Shown: positions 20,384-33,743 of the stretch, in pieces
Layout of the letters: the number at the start of each line of letters is the position of its first letter
How positions within the stretch are numbered: the first letter of the stretch is position 1
Assembly (NCBI GenBank): GCA_965222075.1
Contig: OZ244937.1
Span: 1,088,001-1,152,000 of the forward strand
Direction: 5' to 3'
Length of the DNA: 64,000 bases
From: Candidatus Latescibacterota bacterium
GTDB taxonomy: Bacteria; Latescibacterota; UBA2968; GCA-2709665
Position numbers and translations under genes: made by a program
Notes under the pieces: generated by a model
What the model was told of the DNA's origin: nothing
Databases searched by the model: none
What the model saw: the letters and a program-made list of their open reading frames with translations, nothing else

Positions 20384-23300
20384 TTGGCAGATAGAGGATT
20401 TATCGAGAGGAAATCCTACGGAAAGATCGTTTCGGCTATCGAGATGCCGGACCTGCTGGATATCCAGATCGATTCTTACAACTGGTTCCTGCAGAAGGAT
20501 GTGCCGCCTGAGGAACGCGAGAAACAGGGCCTCCAGGCGGTCTTTCATAGTATTTTCCCAATTACCGATGTCCATAGCCTCTATTCCTTAGAGTTTGTCG
20601 ACTATTCCATTGGCACCCCCAAATATGATGTCGAGGAATGTCTGGAACGCGGGACCACCTATGCTGCTCCCCTCCGGTCCACGTTGCGATTGATCTCGCG
20701 GGAGAAACAGGACAACGACGAGTACCGCATCAAGGGCATTGTGGAGCAGACGGTGTTCCTGGGGGAACTGCCGCTGATGACCAAGGAGGGAACCTTTATC
20801 ATCAATGGCTCGGAACGGGTCATTGTCAGCCAACTCCATCGGTCGCCGGGGGTCTTTTTCGACGAGATCATTCATCCCAACGGAAAGCGGCTCCATTCGG
20901 CCCGAATTATCCCTTATAAAGGGGCCTGGCTCGAGTTCAGCTTAGACATCAACGACATTATGTATGTGCACATCGACCGGAAGCGGAAGTTGCCCGTTAC
21001 CACGTTTCTACGTGCACTGGGCTACAGCCGGGACGAGGAAATTCTGAGCGTCTTTCATGACGACCAAACCGCACGGGTCGGTGAGGATCTGGTCGGGGAA
21101 ATCGCCGTGGAAGATGTGGTGTGCAAAGAAACGGGCGAAGTTATTGTTGAGGCCTATGGGACCATCACGGAAGAGCACGTAGCGGTCCTGAAAGACAACC
21201 GGATCTGTCAGGTTACGGTGCTGGATATGAATCCCGAAGACGATGGCGGGATTATTTCCAATACGCTTCAACGGGACCCCTGTGATAACGAAGAAGAGGC
21301 GCTGTCGAGGATCTACAATCTGCTGCGTCCGGGAGACCCGCCCAATATTGAGACCGCACGGGGGCTTTTAGAGCGGCATTTCTTCAGCCCCAAGCGGTAT
21401 AACCTGGGTGAGGTCGGGCGCTACCGGCTCAACCAGCGTCTGGATATGAATATCCCGCTGGAGTTTACGACTCTCTGCATTGAAGACTTCCTCAGGGTGA
21501 TTCAGTACCTCCTGGTGCTTTTCAAGGGGGAAGGGTTCACCGACGATATCGACCATTTGGGCAACCGGCGGATTCGGTCGGTGGGTGAGCTTCTGTCCAA
21601 TCAATTTTCCATTGGTCTGGCGCGCATGGCCCGGACCATTCGGGAGCGGATGAGCCTGAGGGATTCGGGGAATCTTACGCCTCACGACCTGGTCAATGCC
21701 CGAACGGTATCGACTGTGGTGCAGGCCTTTTTTGGGAGCAGCCAGCTCTCGCAGTTTCTCCAGCAGACCAACCCGCTGGATGAATTGACCCACAAGCGGC
21801 GGTTATCGGCGCTGGGTCCAGGCGGGCTGACGCGGGATCGGGCCGGGTTCGAGGTGCGCGATGTACACCACACCCACTATGGGCGGATCTGTCCTATTGA
21901 GACGCCCGAAGGCCCCAATATCGGTTTGATTGCATCGCTTTCCACGTATGCCAAGGTGAATCCCTTCGGTTTTCTGGAAACGCCCTATCGGGTTGTTGAA
22001 AAGGGGAAGGTGGGCAACCAAATCAAATATCTGGCCGCAAATCATGAAGACAGATATTCGATTGCTCAGGCAAATGCCGAGCTGGACCGAAGTGGGCGCT
22101 TTGTGGAGAATGTGGTTCAGGCCCGTCGCCGGGGGGATTTCCCCGTGATCGAGCCAGAAGAGATCGACTATATGGATGTCTCTCCCTGCCAGCTGGTGAG
22201 CGCGGCCGCGGCTCTGATTCCCTTTTTAGAGCACGACGATGCGAACCGGGCGCTTATGGGGTCCAACATGCAGCGCCAGGCGGTGCCCCTGTTAAAGACC
22301 GAGGCGCCTCTGGTGGGCACGGGGATGGAACGCAAGGTGGCCATCGATTCAAAGGCGGTGGTTACGGTCCGGCACCCCGGTGTTGTGACCTATGTCAGCG
22401 CAGAACGGATTGTGGTTAAGCGGCGCAAGAGCAGGGGGGGGGAGGTGACCGACCTTTTCGATGAAGATGTGTACAATCTGGTTAAGTTCAAGCTTTCCAA
22501 TCAGAATGTGTGCATCAACCAGAAGCCGTTGGTGCACGTTGGCGATAAGGTCAAAAAGGGGGAAATCCTGGCCGACGGATGTGCAACCGAGCGAGGGGAT
22601 CTGGCCCTGGGCGCCAATGTGCTTTGTGCTTTTATGTCCTGGAGCGGTTACAATTTTGAGGACGCCATCATCGTTTCCGAACGGCTTATCAAGAAGGATA
22701 TTTTCACCTCGATCCACATCGAGGAGTACGAGCTTCAGGTTCGGGATACCAAGCGGGGGGCCGAAGAGATCACCCGCGAGATCCCCAATGTGAGCGAGCA
22801 GGCCGTACGTAACTTAGACGAATACGGGATCATTCGGATCGGTGCGGAGGTTCGATCCGGCGATATCCTGGTTGGGAAGGTAACGCCAAAGGGAGAGACG
22901 GAACTCTCGCCCGAGGAGCGCCTCCTGCGCGCCATTTTTGGCGAGAAGGCGGGCGATGTTCGGGATGCTTCACTGAAGGCCTCGCCGGGGCTGGATGGGG
23001 TGTTGATGGATCGGAAGGTGTTCTCCCGGAAGGAGCGGGATGAGAAGACCCGTAAAACCGACAAAGAAAAGGCGACCGCTGTCAAGAAGCAGATCGCCGA
23101 AAAGATCAAGGCCATTAAGACCAGCCGGGACGAGCAGATTTTCGACCTCCTGGAGGGAAAGAAGGTCGGTCTGCTGCGCAATACCCAGGATGAGTCCGTA
23201 GCGGTCCAGATGGGTAAGGTGTTTGACCAGAAGCTGGCCGAGCAGATCGACTTAGACGCCGTACGACCGGACGAGACCTGGGTGGAGAACCCTGCTGTGA

Positions 23301-24154
23301 ACCGAAAGGTGGACCGGATCTTAGAGCTGGCGGAGCAGTTGATTCGGTTGGCGGAGGAGGAACTGGAGCTGGAATTGGAAAAGATCGCACGGGGAGATGA
23401 ACTCCCTCCGGGCATCGTCCAGCTGGTCAAGGTCTACATCGCTCGCAAGCGGAAGCTGATGGTGGGCGACAAGATGGCCGGGCGGCACGGGAACAAGGGC
23501 GTGGTGTCCATCATCGTCCCCGAAGAGGATATGCCCTATCTGCCGGATGGCACGCCGATGGATATCATCCTCAATCCCCTGGGGGTGCCTTCCCGGATGA
23601 ACCTGGGACAGATCCTGGAGACCCATCTGGGCTGGGCCTCTCACAAGCTGGGCATCTTCTCGGCTTCGCCGGTCTTCGACGGGGCGTCTCAGGAGGACAT
23701 CAAGGTCTTGCTGCGGGAGGCGGGCCTGCCCGAATCGGGCAAGTCCGTGCTTTACGACGGGAAGACCGGGGAACCGTTCGACAAAGAGGTGATGGTCGGT
23801 CACATCTATATGCTGAAGCTCTTGCACCTGGTCAGCGATAAGATTCACGCCCGCTCGATCGGGCCTTATTCCCTGGTGACGCAGCAACCGTTGGGAGGTA
23901 AGGCGCAGTTTGGCGGCCAACGGTTCGGAGAGATGGAGGTGTGGGCGCTGGAGGCTTACGGTGCTGCCTATATGCTCCAGGAGATGCTCACCGTCAAGTC
24001 CGACGACGTTGCCGGACGGTCGAAGATCTATGAGGCGATCGTGAAGGGGGAGAACCCACCAGAACCCGGGGTGCCCGAATCGTTCAACGTTCTGGTCAAG
24101 GAGTTGCAAAGCCTTTGTTTAGATGTGGTATTGGAAAACGGCGAGGTGGGCTAA
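20384..24154 (+). CDS. rpoB: RNA polymerase beta subunit (start uncertain: 20375 or 20384)
   Basis: [39 protein letters not shown]. Confidence 0.98.
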   Translation: MADRGFIERKSYGKIVSAIEMPDLLDIQIDSYNWFLQKDVPPEEREKQGLQAVFHSIFPITDVHSLYSLEFVDYSIGTPKYDVEECLERGTTYAAPLRSTLRLISREKQDNDEYRIKGIVEQTVFLGELPLMTKEGTFIINGSERVIVSQLHRSPGVFFDEIIHPNGKRLHSARIIPYKGAWLEFSLDINDIMYVHIDRKRKLPVTTFLRALGYSRDEEILSVFHDDQTARVGEDLVGEIAVEDVVCKETGEVIVEAYGTITEEHVAVLKDNRICQVTVLDMNPEDDGGIISNTLQRDPCDNEEEALSRIYNLLRPGDPPNIETARGLLERHFFSPKRYNLGEVGRYRLNQRLDMNIPLEFTTLCIEDFLRVIQYLLVLFKGEGFTDDIDHLGNRRIRSVGELLSNQFSIGLARMARTIRERMSLRDSGNLTPHDLVNARTVSTVVQAFFGSSQLSQFLQQTNPLDELTHKRRLSALGPGGLTRDRAGFEVRDVHHTHYGRICPIETPEGPNIGLIASLSTYAKVNPFGFLETPYRVVEKGKVGNQIKYLAANHEDRYSIAQANAELDRSGRFVENVVQARRRGDFPVIEPEEIDYMDVSPCQLVSAAAALIPFLEHDDANRALMGSNMQRQAVPLLKTEAPLVGTGMERKVAIDSKAVVTVRHPGVVTYVSAERIVVKRRKSRGGEVTDLFDEDVYNLVKFKLSNQNVCINQKPLVHVGDKVKKGEILADGCATERGDLALGANVLCAFMSWSGYNFEDAIIVSERLIKKDIFTSIHIEEYELQVRDTKRGAEEITREIPNVSEQAVRNLDEYGIIRIGAEVRSGDILVGKVTPKGETELSPEERLLRAIFGEKAGDVRDASLKASPGLDGVLMDRKVFSRKERDEKTRKTDKEKATAVKKQIAEKIKAIKTSRDEQIFDLLEGKKVGLLRNTQDESVAVQMGKVFDQKLAEQIDLDAVRPDETWVENPAVNRKVDRILELAEQLIRLAEEELELELEKIARGDELPPGIVQLVKVYIARKRKLMVGDKMAGRHGNKGVVSIIVPEEDMPYLPDGTPMDIILNPLGVPSRMNLGQILETHLGWASHKLGIFSASPVFDGASQEDIKVLLREAGLPESGKSVLYDGKTGEPFDKEVMVGHIYMLKLLHLVSDKIHARSIGPYSLVTQQPLGGKAQFGGQRFGEMEVWALEAYGAAYMLQEMLTVKSDDVAGRSKIYEAIVKGENPPEPGVPESFNVLVKELQSLCLDVVLENGEVG

Positions 24155-24215
24155 TACCGTTTCGGGGTGTTGGTTTCCGAACCTGGACGCCGATTGCGAA
24201 AAGGGGGTAAGACAC

Positions 24216-27200
24216 GTGGCTGATATCAATCTTTCCAAGCAGCCCATGGATTTCAATTCGATTCGCATCCAGCTGGCCTCCCACGAGACCATCCGGGGAT
24301 GGTCTCGTGGGGAGGTGACCAAACCTGAAACCATCAACTACCGGTCGTTTAGACCGGAACGGGACGGGCTGTTCTGTGAACGGATTTTTGGCCCTGTTAA
24401 AGATTGGGAGTGCAATTGTGGCAAGTACAAGCGTATCCGCTATCGGGGCGTGGTATGTGATCGGTGCGGTGTGGAGGTAACCCAGTCGAAGGTGCGGCGG
24501 GAGCGGTTGGGGCACATTGAGTTGGCCGTGCCGGTTGCGCACATCTGGTTTTTCAGGTCGCTCCCATCCCGGATGGGCTATCTTTTGGATATGTCGGTTC
24601 GAAACCTGGAACGGGTGATCTATTATGAGTCCTGCGTGGTCTTAGATCCAGGCGACGCCCCCGATCTGAAGTACAAGGATCTGCTCTCCGAAGACGAGGT
24701 CTTCGAGCTTCAGGAGAAGGGGTATAACTTCGAGGTGGACATGGGGGCCACCGCGCTTGAACGGCTCTTGTCCGAGATCGATATAGAGGAACTTTCCGCC
24801 GAATTGAGGACCCGGGCGCGGATGGAGACCTCGGTCCAGCGCAAGCAGGAGGCTCTCAAGCGGTTGAAGGTGGTGGAGGCCTTTCGTCAGTCGGACAACC
24901 ATCCAGCGTGGATGATCTTAGACGTGATCCCGGTTATCCCGCCAGACCTCAGGCCCCTGGTTCCCTTAGAGGGGGGGCGGTTTGCCACCTCGGACTTGAA
25001 CGATCTGTACCGGCGTGTGATCAACCGGAACAACCGGCTCAAGAAGCTGATCGAGATCAAGGCTCCGGAGGTTATTCTGCGCAACGAAAAACGGATGCTG
25101 CAGGAGGCCGTGGATGCCCTGTTCGACAACGGGCGGCGTTCCCGGGCGGTTCGGGGCGACGGCAACCGATCGCTCAAGTCCCTGTCGGACCTTTTGAAGG
25201 GAAAACAGGGGCGGTTCCGCCAGAACCTTCTGGGCAAACGGGTGGACTATTCGGGCCGTTCGGTGATTGTGGTCGATCCCTACCTCAAGTTGCATCAGTG
25301 CGGGCTACCCAAGCATATGGCCCTTGAGCTGTTCAAGCCGTTCATCATCAAGAAGCTGGAAGAGAGGGGGCTTGTGCAGACGGTGAAAAGCGCCAAGAAG
25401 CTGGTGGAACGAGAACGGGTGGAGGTCTGGGACATCCTGGAAGAGATTATTCAGAACCACTACGTTCTGCTCAACCGGGCGCCAACGCTGCACCGTCTGG
25501 GCATTCAGGCCTTCCAGCCTGTGCTTGTGGAGGGGAAGGCCATTCGCATTCATCCCTGGTCTGCGCGGCGTTTAACGCCGATTTCGATGGGGATCAGATG
25601 GCCGTGCACGTGCCCCTCTCCTTTGAGGCGCAAATTGAGGCCCGGGTGCTGATGCTGTCGGCCAACAACCTGCTCAAGCCTGCAGATGGGTCCCCCATTG
25701 TGGTCCACGACCCCAGGGATATTTCCATGGGGTGTTATTATCTGACCAAAAGTCACAAGCCGGAAGAACCCCTCAAGACCTTCAGCAGTTCCTCCGAGGC
25801 GCTTATGGCGCACGATTATGGACAGGTCGGGCTGCATGAGGCCATCCGGGTCAGGATCGATGGGGAGCTGCTGACCACCACGGTGGGGCGGGTGATCTTC
25901 AACGAGATCCTGCCAGAAGGGGTGCCTTTTGTCAACATGATCGTGGATCGAAAGATGATCCATAAAGTGACGTCAGACGTCCACCGGATGTTCGGCAGCC
26001 GGGCGACCGCCGAATTTGTGGACGGCGTCAAACGGCTGGGATTTGACTACGCTACGAAGTCGGGCGTTACGGTTGCAATCGACGATGTGGTGGTGCCCCC
26101 GCAAAAACAGATGCTAATCGACAAGGCCCAAGCAGAGGTGGAGAAGGTGCTGCAGCAATATGCGCATGGCGTGATCACGGAGGGGGAGCGCTACAACAAG
26201 GTGATCGACGTGTGGCAGCATGCGACCAACAACATCGCTGAGATGATGAATAAGGCATTGGAGGAGGCCGACGACGGGTTCAACTCGATTGAGCTGATGA
26301 AGGCATCCGGCGCTCGGGGGAACGATGACCAGGTGAAGCAGCTGGGCGGGATGCGGGGGTTGATGAACAAACCCCAGAAGAAGCTGACCGGGGCCATCGG
26401 CGAGATTATTGAAACCCCAATCAAGGCGTCCTTTAAGGAAGGGCTTTCCGTTCTGGAGTACTTTATCTCCACTCACGGGGCGCGAAAGGGGCTTGCAGAT
26501 ACGGCACTGAAAACCGCGGAAGCCGGCTATCTGACGCGGAAGATGGTGGATGTGGCGCAGGACGTGGTGGTGACCGAAGAGGACTGCGGGACCATTTTAG
26601 GCATCGAGATGGAGGCTTTAAAAGAGGGCGAGGAGGTCGTGGAACCGTTGGCCGACCGGATTGTGGGACGCACGGTTTTAGACGATGTGTACGATCTCAT
26701 CACCGGGGAGGTGATTGTCGAAGGGGGCACCCTCTTAGACGAGGACCTGGCCGCAAAAATCGCCGATGCCGGTTTAGAGCGCGTACACGTGCGATCGGTG
26801 TTGACCTGCGAGACCCGCCGGGGGACGTGCAGCATGTGTTATGGGCGGAATCTGGCCAGCGGACGCCTGGTGAATATCGGCGAGGCCGTCGGGGTCATCG
26901 CCGCTCAAAGTGTGGGTGAACCGGGCACCCAGCTTACGCTGCGAACCTTCCACATCGGCGGGACCTCCAGCCGCATTGCAGAACAGGCCGAGATAGCGGC
27001 AAAGCGGGGAGGCGTTGTGCGCTTCACCAACCTGGATTATGTGACCCGCAGCGATGGCCGGTCCATTGTTGTTGGGCGAAACGGCGAACTTGAAGTCCAG
27101 GATGACCAGGGGAGGCCCCGCGGCGGGCATTATTATGTGCCCTATGGCGCGATCCTTAAGGTTGAGGACGGGCAGACGGTGGAGGAGGGAGACGCCATTT

Positions 27201-28303
27201 ACGAGTGGGATCCTTACAACAACATCATTGTGACCAACAAGGTGGGCACGGTCCAGTTTGTGGATCTGGTGGAGAACGTGACCTACCGGGAAGAGGCCGA
27301 CGAGACCACCGGACTGGCGGCACAGGTGGTGACCGAGCACCGGGACCGAACCCTTTCGCCGCGCATCCAGATCATCGGCAAGTCCGGAAAGGAAGTGGGG
27401 CACTATATCATTCCGGTCGGCGCTCGGCTTGTGGTGCACGACGGCGACAAAGTCGAGGCCGGGGACGGGCTGGTCAAGCTTCCCCGGGAGCGGAGCAAGA
27501 CCCGGGATATCACGGGCGGGTTGCCCCGAGTGGCCGAGCTGTTTGAAGCGCGTCGGCCCAAGAATCCGGCGGTTGTGACCGAGATCGACGGTGTGGTGAG
27601 TTTTGGCGGCCTTGTGCGCGGTTCTCGAACCGTGATTGTCACCTCAGAGGATGGCGAAGAGCGAAAATACACCATTCCTTACGGGAAGCACCTCCGCGTG
27701 CAGGAGGGAGATCGGGTCATGGCCGGCGGTCGGCTGTCTGAAGGATCGGTGGACCCCCACGACATCCTGCAGATCCAGGGTATTCAGGAGGTTCAAGAGT
27801 ACCTGGTCAACGAGATTCAGGCGGTCTATCGGCTGCAGGGGGTTGGGATCAACGACAAGCATATTGAGTGCATCGTCCGTCAGATGCTGCAGAAGGTTCA
27901 GGTCACCGATCCTGGCGATACCAACTTCCTGGAAGGGGAAGTTGTCGACCGCTTCCGTTTTCAGGATGAGAACGAGAAGGTGATTGCCGAAGGCGGAGAT
28001 CCTGCGACGTTCCAGCCTGTACTCTTGGGGATTACCAGGGCATCGCTGACGACCGACAGTTTTATCTCGGCGGCCTCCTTCCAGGAGACAACGCGCGTTT
28101 TGACCGAGGCGGCTGTGCAGGGCAAGGTGGACAGGCTGTTGGGGCTGAAGGAGAACGTGATTATTGGTCACTTGGTTCCGGCCGGCACGGGCGCAGAGAG
28201 GTACCGCCGTATTCGCTCTGTCGCTTTGGAAGCGGAAGAGAAGGTGGAAAAGGAGGCCGAGAAGGGGCTGGAGGGCGTTGGCCTGCCGTCGATAAATGCT
28301 TGA
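24216..28303 (+). CDS. rpoC: RNA polymerase beta' subunit, split by a 1-nt deletion at C-run 25554-25556
   Basis: Zn finger and [12 protein letters not shown] in one frame; [18 protein letters not shown] onward in another; adding one C restores IHPLVC. Confidence 0.95.
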
Positions 28304-28328
28304 CAAACTTTCTTTAATTTGTTATCAT
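28300..28328 (+). promoter_or_regulatory. Sigma70-like promoter of the str operon
   Basis: TTGACA-17 nt-TATCAT. Confidence 0.65.
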
Positions 28329-28467
28329 TGATGTTCTAAGCAGTTTTTCTGCGTATGGGTTCAAATCAATCAGGAGGTTATAACCACTGCCTTCAAAAAG
28401 GCTTGTATTTTAACGACTTATCATTATTGATCATAAAGGTCTGTTGCAAAAATGAAGGAGGCTGTAT

Positions 28468-28839
28468 TTGCCCACCATCAACCAGCTGGTAAGAAAAGGC
28501 CGGAAGGTCAAGCCGATGCGGTCATCCTCCCCGGCGTTGCGGGGTTGTCCGCAAAAGCGGGGGGTGTGCACGCGGGTTTATACCACCACGCCCAAAAAGC
28601 CGAATTCGGCGCTTCGAAAGGTTACCCGTGTGCGTCTGACCAATGGGATGGAGGTTACGGCTTATATCCCGGGGGAAGGGCACAACCTCCAGGAGCACTC
28701 AGTGGTGTTGATTCGAGGTGGTCGGGTAAAGGACCTGCCGTCGGTGCGCTACCACATTATCCGCGGTGTTTTAGATACGATCGGCGTGGCCGATCGGAAG
28801 CAGGGGCGATCCAAATACGGCACAAAGGCGCCCGGTTAG
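28468..28839 (+). CDS. rpsL: 30S ribosomal protein S12 (TTG start)
   Basis: [30 protein letters not shown]. Confidence 0.97.
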   Translation: MPTINQLVRKGRKVKPMRSSSPALRGCPQKRGVCTRVYTTTPKKPNSALRKVTRVRLTNGMEVTAYIPGEGHNLQEHSVVLIRGGRVKDLPSVRYHIIRGVLDTIGVADRKQGRSKYGTKAPG

Positions 28840-28938
28840 GGGCAGATTTCGGTTTCTGCTCCAATGGGCATTGACAGTCAAATCGTTTGGGGGGTCGCAT
28901 CGTCGCGCCCCTTATTCTAAGAGGTTCAAAGGATATCC

Positions 28939-29406
28939 ATGCGAAAAGGACGGGCAGGAAAACGGGACACTGCTTTGGACCCGAAGTACGGCAGCACACT
29001 TGTAACTCAGTTTATCAGCTGCCTCTTCCGCAGCGGCAAAAGGAGTGTTGGAGAAACGATCTTTTACGATGCGTTGGACCTGGTTAAAGGGCGCACCGAA
29101 AAGGAAGGGAAGGAAGTCTTTGAACAGGCCGTGGAAAATGTCAAGCCCATCATCCAGGTCCGATCCCGGCGGGTTGGGGGACAAACCTATCAGGTGCCCA
29201 TCGAAGTTCGACAGGACGAGCGCCTTTCGCTTTCCTTCCGGTGGCTGATTACCTATTCCAAGGCGCGGGGTGAAAAGACGATGGCACAGCGGCTGGCCGG
29301 CGAGTTGGTTGACGCCTCAAACGGACAGGGGGGGGCCGTGCAGCGACGTGAGGAAACCCATCGAATGGCCGAGGCCAATCGGGCATTCGCACACTACCGG
29401 TGGTAG
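28939..29406 (+). CDS. rpsG: 30S ribosomal protein S7
   Basis: [27 protein letters not shown]. Confidence 0.97.
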   Translation: MRKGRAGKRDTALDPKYGSTLVTQFISCLFRSGKRSVGETIFYDALDLVKGRTEKEGKEVFEQAVENVKPIIQVRSRRVGGQTYQVPIEVRQDERLSLSFRWLITYSKARGEKTMAQRLAGELVDASNGQGGAVQRREETHRMAEANRAFAHYRW

Positions 29407-29414
29407 ATTTCGCC

Positions 29415-31502
29415 ATGGCACGAGAAGACCAATTGGAGCACATCCGGAACATCGGGATTATGGCCCATATCGATGCGGGCAAGACCACGACCACCGAGCG
29501 CATCCTCTACTATACGGGGCGGCTGCATCGGATGGGCGAGGTACACGACGGTGCGGCTGCGATGGACTGGATGGAGCAGGAGCGGGAGCGGGGGATTACC
29601 ATTACCTCTGCGGCAACCACCTGCTTTTGGGATGACCACCGGATCAACATCATCGATACGCCCGGGCATGTGGACTTTACGGCTGAGGTTGAGCGTTCGC
29701 TGCGGGTACTGGACGGGGCGGTCGGCATCTTCTGTGCAGTGGGTGGGGTAGAACCTCAGTCCGAGACCGTCTGGCGCCAGGCCGACAAATACGGCGTACC
29801 CCGTATTGCCTTTGTCAATAAGATGGACCGAACGGGGGCCGATTTCTTCCGCGTTTTGGGGATGATGGGGGAGCGATTGGCCTCCAACTTTGTACCGGTC
29901 CAGCTCCCGGTTGGGTCGGGTGAGCTGTTCAACGGCCTGCTGGATCTCGTCAAGATGAAGATGGTGGTCTATCAGGAGGACACGCTGGGGGTGGTCTTCA
30001 CCGAAAGCGAAATTCCCCAGGATCTGCAAGCGCAGGCGCTCACCTACCGAGAACAGCTTTTAGAAGCGGTGTCCGACTTTGACGATTCCTTAATGGAGAA
30101 ATTCCTGGAGGACAAGGAGATCGCGGAGGAGGAGATCAAAGCGGCGTTGCGGAAAGCGACCGTTCACGTGCGTGCGGTGCCCGTATTCTGCGGGGCGTCC
30201 TTTAAGAACAAGGGTGTTCAGCGCCTTTTAGACGGCGTTATCGATTACCTGCCCTCGCCTTTGGATGTCCCCGAAGTGGTCGGTGCCCATCCCTCTACCG
30301 AGAAGCAGGAGGCACGTCCCCCTTCGGGTGATGCGCCCTTTGCTGCGCTGGCGTTCAAGGTGATAACCGACCCTTACGTGGGACGGCTGACTTATTTTCG
30401 CGTCTATTCGGGCCGCCTCAAAACCGGTTCGTATGTCCTGAATGCAAACAAGGGCAAACGGGAGCGGGTCGGACGTGTGCTTCGAATGCACGCCAACAAG
30501 CGAGAAGAGATCCGGGAGGTGTTTACAGGGGATATTGCAGCTGTGGTCGGGCTGAAGGATACGGCGACCGGGGAAACGCTGTGTGTAGAAAACCACCCCA
30601 TCCTCCTGGAGTCGATGGAGTTTTCCAAACCGGTCATCTCCGTCGCCATCGAGCCAAGAACCAAGGCCGACCAGGACCATCTGGGCACCGCTCTGGCCAA
30701 GCTTTCCGAGGAAGATCCCACCTTTTACGTGTCTGTGGATACCCAGACCGGACAGACCATTATTTCGGGTATGGGCGAATTGCATTTAGAGATTATCGTG
30801 GACCGGTTGATGCGTGAGTTTCGGGTGGCCGCCAATGTGGGCAAGCCTCAGGTGGCCTACAAAGAGGCTATCCGGAAAGCGGCCAAGAGCGAGGGGCGGT
30901 TCGTCCGGCAGACGGGCGGCCGGGGGCAGTATGGCCACGTCCGGCTGGAGATCGAACCCGGAGAACCGGGGAGCGGGCTGGTCTTTGAGAACAAGATTGT
31001 CGGCGGCTCGATTCCGGGTGAGTATATCCCGTCTGTGCGCCAGGGGGTTGTCGAGGCGATGGCGAGTGGCGTGCTGGCCGGATACCCCATTGAGGCCTTG
31101 AAAGTCACGCTTTACGATGGGTCTTACCATGAGGTCGACTCTTCAGAAATCGCCTTTAAAGTGGCCGGTTCAATGGCCTTCCGAGACGGCGCCAGGAGGG
31201 CCGACCCCTGTCTCTTAGAGCCTGTGATGGACGTAGAAGTGGTGATGCCTGGAGAGTATATGGGAGATGTAATCGCCGATCTGAACTCGCGGAGGGGCCA
31301 TATTGTCGGGATTGTGAACCGGACCGATGCCCAGGTCGTAACGGCAATGGTCCCTTTAAGCGAGATGTTCGGGTATGCCACGCGGTTGCGGTCTCTTTCT
31401 CAGGGGCGGGCTATCTACTCGATGGAATTTTCAAGGTATCAGGAACTCCCCGAGAGCATTGCTGCGGAGATCGTGACCAGGGTGAGGGGCGCGTTACCCT
31501 GA
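29415..31502 (+). CDS. fusA: Elongation factor G
   Basis: [32 protein letters not shown]. Confidence 0.98.
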   Translation: MAREDQLEHIRNIGIMAHIDAGKTTTTERILYYTGRLHRMGEVHDGAAAMDWMEQERERGITITSAATTCFWDDHRINIIDTPGHVDFTAEVERSLRVLDGAVGIFCAVGGVEPQSETVWRQADKYGVPRIAFVNKMDRTGADFFRVLGMMGERLASNFVPVQLPVGSGELFNGLLDLVKMKMVVYQEDTLGVVFTESEIPQDLQAQALTYREQLLEAVSDFDDSLMEKFLEDKEIAEEEIKAALRKATVHVRAVPVFCGASFKNKGVQRLLDGVIDYLPSPLDVPEVVGAHPSTEKQEARPPSGDAPFAALAFKVITDPYVGRLTYFRVYSGRLKTGSYVLNANKGKRERVGRVLRMHANKREEIREVFTGDIAAVVGLKDTATGETLCVENHPILLESMEFSKPVISVAIEPRTKADQDHLGTALAKLSEEDPTFYVSVDTQTGQTIISGMGELHLEIIVDRLMREFRVAANVGKPQVAYKEAIRKAAKSEGRFVRQTGGRGQYGHVRLEIEPGEPGSGLVFENKIVGGSIPGEYIPSVRQGVVEAMASGVLAGYPIEALKVTLYDGSYHEVDSSEIAFKVAGSMAFRDGARRADPCLLEPVMDVEVVMPGEYMGDVIADLNSRRGHIVGIVNRTDAQVVTAMVPLSEMFGYATRLRSLSQGRAIYSMEFSRYQELPESIAAEIVTRVRGALP

Positions 31503-31580
31503 GGAAGCCGATGTAGGTGGTGTGTAAGACCCCTGTTGGATGAGGTTTGGGGGGCGTTATTTTACAGGAGGAAGGAGCTC

Positions 31581-32777
31581 ATGGCGAAAGAGAGGTTTGA
31601 CAGGTCGAAGCCGCATGTCAACATTGGAACCATCGGTCATATTGACCACGGAAAGACAACCCTGACGGCTGCGATTACCAAGGGACTGGCCGCCAGGGAT
31701 CTGGCGGATTATACCCCCTTTGACGATATCGACAAGGCGCCCGAGGAAAAGGAGCGCGGAATCACGATCAATACTGCGCACGTGGAGTACTCAACGGAGA
31801 ACCGTCACTATGCCCACGTGGACTGTCCGGGGCATGCCGACTATATTAAGAACATGATCACCGGTGCGGCGCAGATGGACGGCGCTATCCTGGTGGTAAG
31901 CGCAGCGGACGGCCCGATGATTCAGACACGGGAGCACATCCTGCTTTCCAAGCAGGTGAACGTGCCTTCTATTGTGGTGTATATGAACAAGGTGGATATG
32001 GTGGACGATCCGGAACTCTTAGATCTGGTCGAACTGGAGGTCCGGGAGCTTCTGAGCCAGTACGAATTCCCCGGAGACGATGTTCCGGTGGTTCGGGGCT
32101 CGGCGCTGAAGGCCCTGGAGTCTGAAGATCCCGATTCGGAAGACTGTAAGTCCATCTGGGAGCTGATGGAGGCCGTGGATGAGTACGTTCCGATGCCGGT
32201 TCGGGATGTGGACCGGGACTTTCTGATGCCGGTGGAGGACGTGTTCACCATTACTGGTCGCGGGACCGTGGGTACGGGTCGAATTGAGCGCGGGGTTGTC
32301 AACCTGAACGAAGAGGTTGAGGTCATTGGTATTCGAGATACTCGCAAAACGGTCGTGACCGGCATCGAGATGTTCCGGAAGCTTTTAGATCAGGGGGAGG
32401 CGGGTGACAATGTAGGGCTGTTGCTGCGCGGCGTGGAAAAGGAGGAGTTAGAGCGCGGGATGGTTATTGCCAAGCCCGGCTCGATTACGCCCCACAAGAA
32501 GTTTAAGGGCGAGGTCTACGTGCTCACAGAGAAAGAAGGTGGCCGGAGCAAGCCCTTTTTTTCGGGCTACCGCCCGCAGTTCTATTTCCGAACGACCGAC
32601 GTGACGGGTGCGGTCCAGCTGCCCGAAGGCGTGGAGATGGTGATGCCGGGAGACAATGTGACGATGGATATCGACCTGGAAGACAAGCCCATCGCGGTCG
32701 AAGATCAGCTCAGGTTCGCCATTCGTGAGGGCGGGCGTACGATCGGCGCCGGCGTCGTAACCGAGATCTTGGAATAA
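31581..32777 (+). CDS. tuf: Elongation factor Tu
   Basis: [28 protein letters not shown]. Confidence 0.98.
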   Translation: MAKERFDRSKPHVNIGTIGHIDHGKTTLTAAITKGLAARDLADYTPFDDIDKAPEEKERGITINTAHVEYSTENRHYAHVDCPGHADYIKNMITGAAQMDGAILVVSAADGPMIQTREHILLSKQVNVPSIVVYMNKVDMVDDPELLDLVELEVRELLSQYEFPGDDVPVVRGSALKALESEDPDSEDCKSIWELMEAVDEYVPMPVRDVDRDFLMPVEDVFTITGRGTVGTGRIERGVVNLNEEVEVIGIRDTRKTVVTGIEMFRKLLDQGEAGDNVGLLLRGVEKEELERGMVIAKPGSITPHKKFKGEVYVLTEKEGGRSKPFFSGYRPQFYFRTTDVTGAVQLPEGVEMVMPGDNVTMDIDLEDKPIAVEDQLRFAIREGGRTIGAGVVTEILE

Positions 32778-32792
32778 CCTGAGGGGAACCCC

Positions 32793-33101
32793 TTGCCTGC
32801 ACAGAAGATTCGCATTCGGTTGAAGGCCTACGATCATATCACCCTGGACCGGTCCGCCGATGAGATCGTGCGGACGGCCAAACGGACCGGGGCGCTGATT
32901 TCGGGCCCCATTCCTCTGCCGACCAGGCGCTCGCTGTATACGGTGCTTCGGGGGCCCAATATCGACAAAAAGTCCCGGGAGCAGTTCGAGACGCGTATTC
33001 ACAAGCGTTTGATCGATATCCACAATTCGACCCCTCAGACGGTGGATGCGCTGATGAAGCTGGATCTGCCGGCAGGGATCGACATTGAAATTAAGGTGTA
33101 G
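32793..33101 (+). CDS. rpsJ: 30S ribosomal protein S10
   Basis: [25 protein letters not shown]. Confidence 0.97.
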   Translation: MPAQKIRIRLKAYDHITLDRSADEIVRTAKRTGALISGPIPLPTRRSLYTVLRGPNIDKKSREQFETRIHKRLIDIHNSTPQTVDALMKLDLPAGIDIEIKV

Positions 33102-33103
33102 CC

Positions 33104-33721
33104 GTGCTGGGATTGATCGGGAAAAAGATCGGTATGACCCAGACCTTCGATGAGGTGGGCAACCTGGTTGCCCTAACGGTTGTTGAAGCGGGGCCATGTC
33201 CGATCGTGCAGATCAAAGACGAGACTTCCGACGGGTATTGTGCGCTTCGGGTGGGCTTTGCCCCGGCACACCGGCTGAACCGTCCGGCCCTGGGGGTCTT
33301 CGAAAAGGCGGGGGTGGCACCCCAGAAGATCCTGCGGGAGTTCCGGGTCGAAGACGTCTCGGCCTACTCGGTAGGCGATATCTTAGATGTGGGCGTTTTT
33401 GAATCCGGGGAATCTGTGGCTGTTACCGGCCGCTCTAAAGGGAAGGGATTCCAGGGCAGCGTGAAGCGCCATCACTTTAAAGGGGGGCCCAAGACCCACG
33501 GACAGTCCGATCGGCACCGGGCGCCGGGGTCCATCGGGCAGAGTTCTTTTCCCTCCCGTGTGTTTAAAGGGATGCGGATGGCCGGTCACATGGGTGACCG
33601 GCGGGTTACGGTGAGGGGTCTTACCGTGGTGAAGGTGGACAAGGCGCGCAACCTGGTCCTCCTGAAGGGGGCGGTGCCGGGGGGGCAGGGGGGCGTTGTA
33701 ATCCTCCAAAAGCAGAGCTAA
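33104..33721 (+). CDS. rplC: 50S ribosomal protein L3
   Basis: KKIGMTQ, SKGKGFQG, RAPGSIG, MAGHMG. Confidence 0.97.
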   Translation: MLGLIGKKIGMTQTFDEVGNLVALTVVEAGPCPIVQIKDETSDGYCALRVGFAPAHRLNRPALGVFEKAGVAPQKILREFRVEDVSAYSVGDILDVGVFESGESVAVTGRSKGKGFQGSVKRHHFKGGPKTHGQSDRHRAPGSIGQSSFPSRVFKGMRMAGHMGDRRVTVRGLTVVKVDKARNLVLLKGAVPGGQGGVVILQKQS

Positions 33722-33743
33722 GGAAAATAAGAATCGGTGAGCT

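Noticed and set aside
25548-25652. Naturally split rpoC or programmed frameshift
   Set aside because: The break falls just before the catalytic motif, not at the cyanobacterial split point; there is no slippery heptamer, and a one-C insertion repairs it.
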